Source: Octopus bimaculoides (lineage: Eukaryota). From it: a stretch of 64,000 nt of DNA. The stretch is taken from NCBI RefSeq assembly GCF_001194135.2, contig NC_068982.1:61636119-61700118 (forward strand), in the 5' to 3' direction. The position numbers were made by a program, and so were the translations under genes. The notes below the pieces were generated by a model, which worked only from the letters and a program-made list of their open reading frames with translations, was not told the origin of the DNA and ran no database searches. Each line of letters begins with the position of its first letter. Position 1 is the stretch's first letter. Below, one piece after another: positions 1 through 10,232 of the stretch.

Positions 1-444
1 AGTATTCAGTCAATGCCCTCATCTAAAACATTTCCTACTACAGATTTGGAATTCCTCATTTGTAGAATAGGCTCACAGCAGTTCCTTTGAATATCACCAT
101 GGCCGGAACTGATGTAGGGGGATAGCCCCATCACGCCTGCAGCACGGACAATTATTTTCTGTTTACAAAACCAACTGACCGTTCTATATTTCTTGCAGTT
201 ACAAAGCGGTTATGCCCTTCAGCCATTTGAGCCTGATGAGTTGCTTATATTGCTAAGCACTTTATAAGTGCGGAACCAATAGCCACTCTATGATCAGCTA
301 TAACTTATAACTTCCTAAAAAAATATATTACTGTTCTTATGCTTTAGAGTGTGCTTTTTCAGATATATGAACTACTGATGATATATATATGTATGTATGT
401 ATGTATACATATATATATATATATGTATTGTATTTTTTTGGCGA

Positions 445-520
445 AGGTAAAGAATACGCACACAGGGTGGTTAGGGTTTTTGTTACGCCCGAAGACGGGT
501 GGTATGCGTATTCTTTACCT
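445..520. repeat. Short hairpin / mini-MITE-like element: 16-bp perfect inverted repeat with 44-nt spacer
   Basis: AGGTAAAGAATACGCA (445-460) is the exact reverse complement of TGCGTATTCTTTACCT (505-520). Confidence 0.7.
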
Positions 521-1185
521 CCACCGTGGTTTTTTTTATAAATACTGTTGTTTTTTTTTATATATAGCATGCCATAAAATAAGCAAACCAACATATAGAT
601 ATATAAAAGCAATGTAATCTTAATATTTCTTGTGTCGAAAAGAAATATGTTAAAGCGATGAAATATTAATTCTTATTTGAACGCAAGCGAAATATGCAAA
701 CAGTTTGAGAATGTAAAAAATAAAGCAGACAGCTATAAAATGTAATATTGTGAAGTAGTTAACAGAACATGTACTTAATATTTAAAAAACAATGATGAAT
801 AAATGAAGAATATTAAAAAAGACAATGAAACAAGTTGTAATAATTCTTTCTAGTGTAGGTACAAAGACTAACATAAGGTGTAATAAGAACATTTCAATAC
901 AAAACGTTGTCAGCAATTGAAACAGGCTCAAAAATATATTAAATAAGTAGGAAAATAACACAGTTAATGACAGTATGTAAGAAAAAAAAAGTAATGAAAA
1001 ATTAGAATACAAAGTTGAAAACACGTTCCCCAATAAACAATGTTTGCCAAGTAGAAATTAAATACAAAACTGCTTCTTTCATACATGCACACGAAGTGTA
1101 CTCCGGTGGTAGGGACTTCCCTCCGGGAAGGACCTGTGTGAAAGAAATAATTGCGCAAGCTTTACCAGAAGTTTACAGTAAACCT

Positions 1186-1564
1186 GTGGAGGCGCAATGG
1201 CCCAGTGGTTAGGGCAGCGGACTCGCGGTCATAGGATCGCGGTTTCGATTCCCAGACCGGGCATTGTGAGTGTTTATTGAGCGAAAACACCTAAAGGCTC
1301 CACGAATCTCCGGCAGGGGGTGGAGGTGAACCCTGCTGTACTCTTTCACCACAACTTTCTCTCACTCTTACTTCCTGTTTCTGTTGTGCCTGTAATTCAA
1401 AGGGTCAGCCTTGTCACACTGAATATCCCAGAGAACTACGTTAAGGGTACACGTGTCTGTGGAGTGCTCAGCCACTTGCACGTTAATTTCACGAGCAAGC
1501 TGTTCCGTTGATCGGATCAACTGGAACCCTCGACGTCGTAAGCGACGGAGTGCCAACAACAACA
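1186..1564 (+). mobile_element. tRNA-derived SINE, family A, full length, (CAA)n tail
   Basis: A box TGGCCCAGTGG, B box GGTTTCGATTCC, tail GTGCCAACAACAACAAC; 11-bp TSD ACAGTAAACCT at 1175-1185 and 1565-1575; second copy at 7435-7763. Confidence 0.92.
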
Positions 1565-1840
1565 ACAGTAAACCTATTCTAACTATGTAGTGTAGAGATT
1601 ATGTAGCTGAGCAGAGGTCGTTTGAGTTGTTAATAACGGAGTGTTTTTATCGTAAGTCAGAACGTTAAATATTTGTTTGTTAATTATTACTGTTGGAATT
1701 GTTGTTTTACTTTTTCTCTTCTCATTGGGGTAAAAATGGAGAAAACGCCAGTGGGCGGCCGCAACTGGAAAAGGAATAGAAGAGGAAACGTTGGAAATAA
1801 TTGAAATTAAGGTAGAACCAAGGAATGTGAGAGGTTGCTA

Positions 1841-2193
1841 TCTTATTTCTTTATTTCCCATAAGGGGCTAAACATAGAGGGGGACAAACAAGGACAGACA
1901 AAGGGATTAAGTCGATTACATCGACTCCAGTGCGTAACTGGTACTTAATTTATCGACCACGAAAGGATGAAAGGCAAAGTCGACCTCGGCGGAATTTGAA
2001 CTCAGAATGTAACGGCAGACGAAATACTGCTAAGCATTTTGCCCGGTGTGCAAACGTTTCTTATTTCTTTATTGCCCACAAGGGGCTAAACATTAGAGGG
2101 GACAAACAAAGGGATTAAATCGATTACATCGACACCAGTGCGTAACTGGTACTTAATTTATCGACCACGAAAGGATGAAAGGCAAAGTCGACC
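1841..2193 (-). mobile_element. tRNA-derived SINE family B, head-to-tail tandem copies running into an assembly gap
   Basis: Two near-identical units (1841-2057; 2058-2193). Minus strand has B box GAGTTCAAATTCC and central motif GCCTTTCATCCTTTCGTGGTCGATAAATTAAGTACCAG, which from memory resembles the Deu/Nin central domain of SINEs. Confidence 0.9.
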
Positions 2194-3274
2194 NNNNNNN
2201 NNNNNNNNNNNNNNNNNNNNNNNNNNNNNNNNNNNNNNNNNNNNNNNNNNNNNNNNNNNNNNNNNNNNNNNNNNNNNNNNNNNNNNNNNNNNNNNNNNNN
2301 NNNNNNNNNNNNNNNNNNNNNNNNNNNNNNNNNNNNNNNNNNNNNNNNNNNNNNNNNNNNNNNNNNNNNNNNNNNNNNNNNNNNNNNNNNNNNNNNNNNN
2401 NNNNNNNNNNNNNNNNNNNNNNNNNNNNNNNNNNNNNNNNNNNNNNNNNNNNNNNNNNNNNNNNNNNNNNNNNNNNNNNNNNNNNNNNNNNNNNNNNNNN
2501 NNNNNNNNNNNNNNNNNNNNNNNNNNNNNNNNNNNNNNNNNNNNNNNNNNNNNNNNNNNNNNNNNNNNNNNNNNNNNNNNNNNNNNNNNNNNNNNNNNNN
2601 NNNNNNNNNNNNNNNNNNNNNNNNNNNNNNNNNNNNNNNNNNNNNNNNNNNNNNNNNNNNNNNNNNNNNNNNNNNNNNNNNNNNNNNNNNNNNNNNNNNN
2701 NNNNNNNNNNNNNNNNNNNNNNNNNNNNNNNNNNNNNNNNNNNNNNNNNNNNNNNNNNNNNNNNNNNNNNNNNNNNNNNNNNNNNNNNNNNNNNNNNNNN
2801 NNNNNNNNNNNNNNNNNNNNNNNNNNNNNNNNNNNNNNNNNNNNNNNNNNNNNNNNNNNNNNNNNNNNNNNNNNNNNNNNNNNNNNNNNNNNNNNNNNNN
2901 NNNNNNNNNNNNNNNNNNNNNNNNNNNNNNNNNNNNNNNNNNNNNNNNNNNNNNNNNNNNNNNNNNNNNNNNNNNNNNNNNNNNNNNNNNNNNNNNNNNN
3001 NNNNNNNNNNNNNNNNNNNNNNNNNNNNNNNNNNNNNNNNNNNNNNNNNNNNNNNNNNNNNNNNNNNNNNNNNNNNNNNNNNNNNNNNNNNNNNNNNNNN
3101 NNNNNNNNNNNNNNNNNNNNNNNNNNNNGCAAGAAGTATTGGAAAAAATAGTCATTGAATGCCTGTTGTGGAAGAAGTGAAATGATTTACTCTTAAGACA
3201 ACCGAAACCGACTCATAGCCGTCATTAAAAGTGTTCTTATTTAAATTAAACTGTCCTAACGACTTTGTTTTCTC

Positions 3275-3395
3275 ACAACTTTCTGAAAAACAAAAAAACA
3301 AAAAAAAACACGAATGTTTGTTTAATGAAATTTTCTACTAACATCTTTCAGATGGTGTAGATTATGATTATAGTGGGGAAAAACAGAAATTGAGG
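3275..3395 (+). repeat. Dispersed ~100-bp repeat (CAACTTTC...TTAATGAAATTTTCTAC...TTTCAGATGGTGTAG), copy 1
   Basis: Related copies at about 4858-4945 (+), 5040-5138 (+) and a partial inverted copy at 6708-6752. Family unidentified. Confidence 0.6.
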
Positions 3396-4857
3396 CGTAT
3401 GAATTATCCGAAACTCATCTTCCACTCCTCAAAAAAAAAAAAAAAAAAAAAATCACAGCAAATTCTGATGTAGTAATTGCATTAAAAAATATCAATTTTT
3501 CAAAAAGTTATCAGGAAAAAGTCAGGGATGGATATACTTCTGTAGTCATACATCCCGCCTTCATTCTATTGTCTAAGACCCTTTTAGTCACGTTCCAAAA
3601 AACCATTTTAATTGTGAAAATGTTATTTTTCTAAATCCCTCCGACAAATTCCTCATTATTTTTATAATTAACTGAAACAGAAGTAATGATGTCAGAAATA
3701 CGATCACAAAACGTGAATTTCGTTCCAGTGTTTATTATTTTTATATGCGTAAGAAGGATTTTCATTGAATTTTCTTTTTTAACAGGAGGAATATATTGTG
3801 ATTTTAATGAAAGATCAAGTGAAGTAAGTAGAATATTTATACGTCTTAGATTTTTCAGATCTGGTAGTAATGTAGGTGCTTCTTCTTTTTCTTTTTTTTT
3901 CTGTTAAATCAATGTCGTCTGATAGACGAAGCGAAAGCGAAAGTCCCACTGGGTGAAAGAAAGTAAGGTTAATCTCTCCGTTCCTCACCCCCGCGCATTT
4001 TTTTCTTCATATTCGTTTACGACACATTGTTTTTTTTATACCTATTACGCTATTTTTTTTACATTTTGTGACCAGGTTTTAAACTAGAGATTAAGTTATC
4101 CTGGTATATCGAATGTTAATGGAAAAGCGTTAGAACGATTAACACGTGACAATTCTCCGTGAAATTATGGTCTTTGTCGCCCATGAAAACACTTTAATTT
4201 TTTTTTGTTTTTTTGTTTACGTCGGCAAAACCTTTTTCACTTATGAGACGGAAAATATCCTCTGATAACAAGGTAAAATGCATGCATTTTCATGGGGCCT
4301 CTGGAAGCGAATAAACGATTTAGAGTGTCGACGACAGATTTTGAACTGGCGATCCATCTGTTGTCCTGTTACCCTTTATTGTATCATGATACTCTGTTAA
4401 CACATTCATGGCGATGTTTCGTTTTATGATGCAGAAAGAGCGGCGTAATAAAATGAAAGTAAAATAATGTTCGGTCATATTCGGTCGACTAAATTCAGCA
4501 ATGAAATGAAACTAGGAGAATGTTTTTCTTTGAAAATGAAAGTTCACTTACTGAAAGGAATTACATCGTACGTGATATTTGTGTTAATACGATGAACGTT
4601 GAAAGTACAATTAACTTTTTGCATCGTTGGAATTAATTCATAATTCAGCAGAATGCTGTAATGAACCAATGTGTTTTGATGAATTGCCACACATACTCCG
4701 ACGGAAAAGATTAGAGATGTTGTGTATGCAGGCATGATCAAAGTACTTGACAAGATTTTCTTCTCTGGGTCTCGTATCCCTTTGCATCACCTTGCAGCTA
4801 TATTGGTAGGCAGCAGGGCATAACTACACAAATGTGCCCTCCCTTGTATTTGATTCC

Positions 4858-5138
4858 ACACAACTTTCAGAAAAATGGATACATTTTATTGAAATTTTCT
4901 ACAAATTCTTTTCAGGTGGTGTAGGTTTCGATTATATCAGAATTCGTTGTGAAANNNNNNNNNNAAAAAAAAAAAAAAAAAAAAAATTCGGAGAGGGGTT
5001 CGAATTTATGATAATTCATTCACACGATTCGACTGATTCCTTACAACTTTCAGAGAAATTGATATTTTTTAATGAAAGTTTCTACAAAAACCTTTCAGAT
5101 GGTATAGATTGTGGATCGGATTTTAATGTGGAAAAAAT
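4858..5138 (+). repeat. Two further copies of the ~100-bp dispersed repeat
   Basis: CAACTTTCAGAAAAATGGATACATTTTATTGAAATTTTCTACAAATTCTTTTCAGGTGGTGTAG and CAACTTTCAGAGAAATTGATATTTTTTAATGAAAGTTTCTACAAAAACCTTTCAGATGGTATAG. Confidence 0.6.
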
Positions 5139-5261
5139 GGTATGGTGGGCGCACACATATATATACTAATTCATTTCACATAGTTTTTTTCAAAATTTCA
5201 AATCTTATTTTGTAGATATACATGTGATGTGTGTTAGTATGTATGTGTGCACACGAATTTA

Positions 5262-6635
5262 GGTAAAAATGGCACAGGTAAAAACGGCACAAGTGAAAAG
5301 ATAGGTAAAAATGGCACAATAAGCAAGATTTCCTCCAGACCTTTGGGAGGTACTTTGGGACAGCTTGATGAACTTTGGAACGTACATCAAGCTTAACAAA
5401 ATAAATACAAAACTAGTAACTCTGGTTACCATTTATCTCAGTGGCTCTACCACAACTCCATCATGGAAGCCATAGCGAGTAATAAAGAGAAAAAGTAGAT
5501 TTACTCCCAAGGATACATGTATACAAAACAGACTGTAAGATCAACTACTATCAGATGGAGATGTGTTAAGAAAACATGATTTTGTAACGGTACCATGGTA
5601 TGACTGATGCTGTATCAGCTAATGACCACAAACACGCTCCTGATTCTGCAGCTATTTCGGCCACAAAATGCATCGACAACATGAAGAGAAAAGCAGCAGA
5701 AACAGAAGATAAACATAGCCAGATTTACAGCAATAACTTGGATAACTTATCAGATGAAGGAAAGGCGTTACTTCCAAGTGAGGACATCATAAAGAGAACT
5801 TTGCATAACCAAGCATCAAAACCATATCCACAAGTACCAGAAAGACTGGAAGATCTGAAACTTACTTGGAGAATGGACAGCTACTGCAGCTCCCGAGCCC
5901 AAACCATTTTTGTTCTTCGATAATGGACAAGATACTGGCAACCGCATCATTGCTTTTGGTTCTGATGAATCACTGCGGTTACTTGCTTCTGCTGATACAT
6001 GGCTGATGGATGGCAATTATGCAATGGCTCCACTATGATTTCTACAGCTTTATGTAACATGCGTCCCAATTGATAATACTGCAGTTTCTACTGTTTTTGC
6101 TTGTCTGCAGACTGAAACACAAAATATATATGAAACCCTGCTGCAAGCAGTCATGGATCGTTGCCACGAGATTGAGCTCTACCCAGACCCAACGGCCATA
6201 GTTGTTGACTTCGAGCAGGCAATCATCCAAGTTATGAACAACGTTTTTGAACTGGAAACGCGCACACAAGGTTGTTTCTACCACCTGACTAAGAGTACTT
6301 GTAGAAAGATACAGGATCTTGGCCTCACCAACCACTACAAAGAGAGTGAGGACTTCTGTCAATTCTGTGGACAGATCGACTCATTGGCATTTATACTAAT
6401 TGAAGATGTTCCAGTGGGAATGCAGTTACTCAAGGGTAGATGTCCTGATAAGGCAGCTCCCCTGCTAAAGTACTTCGATCAAACCTATGTTTCTATTAAG
6501 AAAATAGATTTTATTTAAAACCAATTTTAAAATTAGACTAACTTAATTCTACTTTATTTTTTGTCAATACTATATATTTCAATAAGCTTATTGTGTCATT
6601 TTTATCTATTTTTTTTCACTTGTGCCATTATTACC
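5262..6635 (+). mobile_element. Mutator-like (MULE) DNA transposon relic: FLYWCH zinc finger plus MULE transposase, frameshifted
   Basis: GYMYTKQTVRSTTIRWRCVKK..CNGT and HKHAPD (FLYWCH-like, ~5510-5645); WLMDGNYAMAP, DFEQAIIQ and QGCFYHL motifs. Left end has three GGTAAAAAYGGCACA units; right end TTTTCACTTGTGCCATTATTACC is the inverted match. Confidence 0.88.
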
Positions 6636-6841
6636 CTTCACTGTTTGCATGCCCGCCAATGTTTTTCTGTTTTCATATTAAATTCCGATATAATTGGAAT
6701 TTACACTATTTGAAAGGTATTTGTAGATTATTTCATTAAAAATATACTCCCAAGAGTTATAAGGAAACAGCATTAAGGTGGGGGAACACTTGAGTACGTA
6801 TGCCGACAGTAGTTGACTGCAAGCAATATTTTGTTATGTAA

Positions 6842-7017
6842 AGGCGGCGAGCTGGCAAAATCGTTAGATGGGCAAATGGCTTAGCAGTATTTCATCCATC
6901 ATCATGTTCTGAGTTCCAATTCTGCTGAGATCGACTTTGTCTTTCATCTTTTGGGGTCGATGTAATTGACTTACTCCTCCGAAAGTGCTGACCTTGTGCA
7001 CAAATTTGAAACCAATA
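6842..7017 (+). mobile_element. SINE family B, internally deleted, tail type ...CCTTGTGCACAAATTTGAAACCAATA
   Basis: Head GGCGGCGAGCTGGCAAAATCGTTAG, B-box remnant GAGTTCCAATTC, central motif GACTTTGTCTTTCATC. Confidence 0.85.
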
Positions 7018-7434
7018 CTTTGTTCTGGAGCAGATCTGTGTTGGTAGAGAAGCATTGATTAACTATTTTACAGTTGTCTGTTGTATATCAACCATCTTGA
7101 ACACAGATTGGTGGAAATGGTTCAATGCCTTCGACAACATTATCCTGTCTAATTTGTGTATTTTAGTTTATTATTAAATTATGATAAAATAAATCAAAAG
7201 CATTTTACGAAAAATCAGATATTACAATTATCATTTTGTTACTTCAGGATTTTATTATTTTTAATTCATTTAAAAGAAGTTATTTCATTTTCCCTTTCCT
7301 TGGGTAAACGACAATCTCTGCCAATACAGTAGTTTTGCTTTCTGAATCTCAAAACAAAATATTGCCCACATTCATATACATAATATATTTGTATTTTTTT
7401 TTACCAATTTACACCAATTACTCAATAGTGCATT

Positions 7435-7763
7435 GTTGTTGTTGGCACTCCGTCGCTTACAACGTCGAGGGTTCTAGTTGAAATTAACGTGCAAGTGACT
7501 GAGCACTCCACAGACACGCGTATCCTTAACGTAGTTCTCGGGGATATTCAGCGTGACACAGGCACAACAGAAACAGGAAAAAAGAGTGAAAGTTGTGGTG
7601 GAAGAGGACAGCAGGGTTCGCCATCATCCCCCGCCGGAGCCTAGTGGAACTTTAGGCATTTTCGCTCAATAAACACTTACAACGCCAGGTCTGGGAATCG
7701 AAACCGCGATCCTATGACCGCGAGCCCGCTGCCTTAACCACTGGACCATTGCGTCTCCACGGT
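7435..7763 (-). mobile_element. SINE family A, second copy with two internal deletions
   Basis: Reverse complement of the 1186 element; 11-bp TSD AATAGTGCATT at 7424-7434 and 7764-7774. Confidence 0.92.
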
Positions 7764-7915
7764 AATAGTGCATTACCATAGTATTAATCTTCTGTAGATG
7801 TCGAAGTGTTTAAAAAAATACGGAAGCACGCGTAACCTCTCGCCCCCCCCCCATTATACATTTTCCTTCGTGATATAACTACCGCTAAACTAACATTTGA
7901 ACTAGTTCTTTTTTC

Positions 7916-8302
7916 GGTACTTTTTGGTTATCCCTATTAAAAAATTGGGCTATATCCGCACTAAAAAATTGAGTTTATGAGGCGACAAGAGATTGGATTA
8001 AAAGGGATTAGATCTTTTGATTGAATACTTCAAAACATTGTTGACATTTGGCTCCCTCAACAGGCATGGTATGATTTGTTATAAAAATGTTATTAGATTC
8101 TATAAGATATTTAATCTTTTCCGTTTTCCTGTTTATTAATTTTTCCAGTTTTCATATTTCCTAATTTTTTCATTTGTTTTGTATTATTGAGGGTTAAACA
8201 ACTTTTTTAGTTGGGGGAGATAACCAAAAATACCGATATTTTTCATTAAATGGGGGGAGATAACCCAGTTTTTTAATGGGGGTGAGATAACCAAAAGGTA
8301 CC
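7916..8302. mobile_element. MITE with GGTAC-starting TIRs and 8-bp TSD (Merlin-like)
   Basis: Left TIR GGTACTTTTTGGTTATCCC versus reverse complement of right end GGTACCTTTTGGTTATCTC (17/19). TSD CTTTTTTC at 7908-7915 and 8303-8310. Three subterminal GGRGAGATAACC-like repeats on the right. Confidence 0.75.
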
Positions 8303-8766
8303 CTTTTTTCATAAACCATTCATTTTTGTTTTAATAATGAAGTAAAAAGAGGAGCAGGATTTCTATAGTAGCTTAGTTAATCTTTGATGCCTGAGGAGGT
8401 TCTTGAGTTGTCTGCTTCTCCAAAAATTATGATATAAACATAAAAATCAGAAAATGCTGACCATAACTCGCCCTCCTTTTAACTGTGCTAGTATGTATCC
8501 ATGACCTTTGAAAGCTTCCCTAGACTGGTCAGAAATTGATGTAGCTTATGGCTAGCCAGAATATCTGCAGAACAAGGTGCATGCTTGTGTGTGTATGTGT
8601 GAACAGGAGAGGCTTGGTCTGAAAGTGTCAGTTACACTAAATGCACCCACAAACCAGGTAGTAGAGGAAAATTAAGTTTGAGGTGGTTAGAACTATCACC
8701 TATTAAAAAACAAAAACAACGCAGAAAATAAACAAAACAAAACTATATACTGATGTCTAGATCTAT

Positions 8767-9177
8767 TTCTTTACTTTCTTTTACTTTTTCTTTTACTCGT
8801 TTCAGTCATTTGACTGTGGCCATGCTGGAGCACCGCCTTTAGTCGAGCAAATCGACCCCAGGATTTATTCTTTGTAAGCCTAGTAATTATTCTATCGGTC
8901 TCTTTGCCGAACCGCTAAGTTACAGGGACGTAAACACACCACCATTGGTTGTCAAGCAATGTTAGGGGGACAAACACAGACACACAAACACACACACACA
9001 CATATATATATACGACGGTCTTCTTTCAGTTTCCGTCTACCAAATCCACTCACAAGGCTTTGGTCGGCCCGAGGCTATAGTAGAAGACACTTGCCCAAAG
9101 TGCCACACAGTGGGACTGAACCCGGAACCATGTGGTTGGTTAGCAAGCTACTTACCACACAGCCACTCCTGCGCCTA
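8767..9177 (-). mobile_element. tRNA-derived SINE family C (CORE-like domain, internal TA/TG microsatellite, TAAAAGAG tail)
   Basis: Minus strand: GGAGTGGCTGTGTGGTAAG head, GGGTTCAGTCCC B box, CORE-like GGCACTTTGGGCAAGTGTCTTC, 3' end GACTGAAACGAGTAAAAG. More than 10 copies in the window. Confidence 0.92.
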
Positions 9178-9687
9178 TAAAGGTAAATTATTATCTTTTA
9201 ATCAACACTGGATTATTATTTGTAGAGATTAGTTGAGAGTGGACAGAGGCAGAGAAACAAATGTAGAAAGGGTGAAAGAAGAGCAAAAGAAACCAGCAAA
9301 TCTGAAAATTAGGTCAATCTTTCTCCAGGTGAGATGAGTACTTCTTGCAAGTTTTCTCACAGACGGCCGTTATTAGTAAGAAGAAAGGAAACACCAATTT
9401 TCAGATGGTCACTCTTATATTTTGAATCTGCTACTACCAAAGATTATAAGTGGTGTGTAACCTTTCTCTGCTTTTTGCTATAAATAAAAGATGAGCTGGA
9501 AGTGTTATGAGGACAGTTATCTTCATATTATTCTGCAGGGAGATGGATTTAAGAATAAAAAACGTTATTAAATATGCACACATGTGCACACTCAGTCTCC
9601 CTCTCTCCTTATTTCTCTCTCTCCATATACACTTTTTTGGTAGAACAAAGGAATAAGAACTCAATACATGAGAATATGTATATGTGT

Positions 9688-10026
9688 GTAGTATGGCTTG
9701 GTAATTAGATCATCGGGCTCACAATCATGAAGTAGTGAGTTTGATTCCTGGACCAGGTTGTATGTTGTGTTCTTGAATAAAATATTTTATTTCATGTTGC
9801 TCCTGTTCTCTCAGAAACTGGAGTTGCGATGTCACTGGTACCAAGCTGTATCAGCCTTTGCATTTCCCTTGGATGACATCGGTGGCATGGAGAGAGGAGG
9901 CTGGTATGCATGCATGACTGCTGGTCTGCCATAAATAACCATATCTGGACTTGTGCGTCAGAGGGGAATTTTCTAGGTGCAATCTCATGGTCATTTATGA
10001 CTGAAGGGGGCCTTTACCCCTTTTAC
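9688..10026 (+). mobile_element. tRNA-derived SINE family D, diverged, (TTTACCC) tail
   Basis: A-box-like TATGGCTTGGTAA, B-box-like GAGTTTGATTCC, followed by TTGTGTTCTTG...TTTCATGTTGCTCC shared with the element at 25889-26095. Confidence 0.65.
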
Positions 10027-10232
10027 CCAATATATATATATATATCATTATTGACCACACATACACAACCTATGCATTTAGTTTGTTTGCCAGTAGGTTG
10101 CAGTTTAGTGTGCTGGGGTTAACTCCCTCAAAGGACCAGGTATTAGAATTCCTGAAAGTCAAATACAGGTGAGACAACTCACCCACTTTACAATGAAAAT
10201 TCTTAATTTAATAAAATTATCTGTCTCTAGAG

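Noticed and set aside
1-320. Coding exon or structured ncRNA (hairpins at ~110-132 and ~242-272, CTGATGA near 232)
   Set aside because: All frames are interrupted; MAEGHNRFVTARNIER on the minus strand has no credible continuation; the CTGATGA plus hairpin is not followed by GAAA, so it is not a hammerhead; no snRNA or snoRNA match recognised.
1186-1262. tRNA gene
   Set aside because: The tRNA-like head lacks a proper acceptor stem and continues into a SINE body with tail and TSD.
1737-1835. WAAATGKGIEEETLEIIEIKVEP resembling a zinc-finger protein N-terminus
   Set aside because: In-frame stop just upstream, no ATG or good acceptor, no finger motifs nearby.
2124-3158. Long ORFs of 324-343 aa in the track
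   Set aside because: Artefacts of translating through N runs; the same applies at 22177-22846, 34719-36034, 44860-45092 and 61249-61801.
3912-3968. Plus-strand first exon MSSDRRSESESPTG with a nearby GTAAGG donor
   Set aside because: An in-frame TGA precedes the strong donor; too short to support without RNA data.
1175-7774. Inverted SINE-A pair as ends of a composite transposon
   Set aside because: Each copy has its own different 11-bp TSD, so they are independent insertions.
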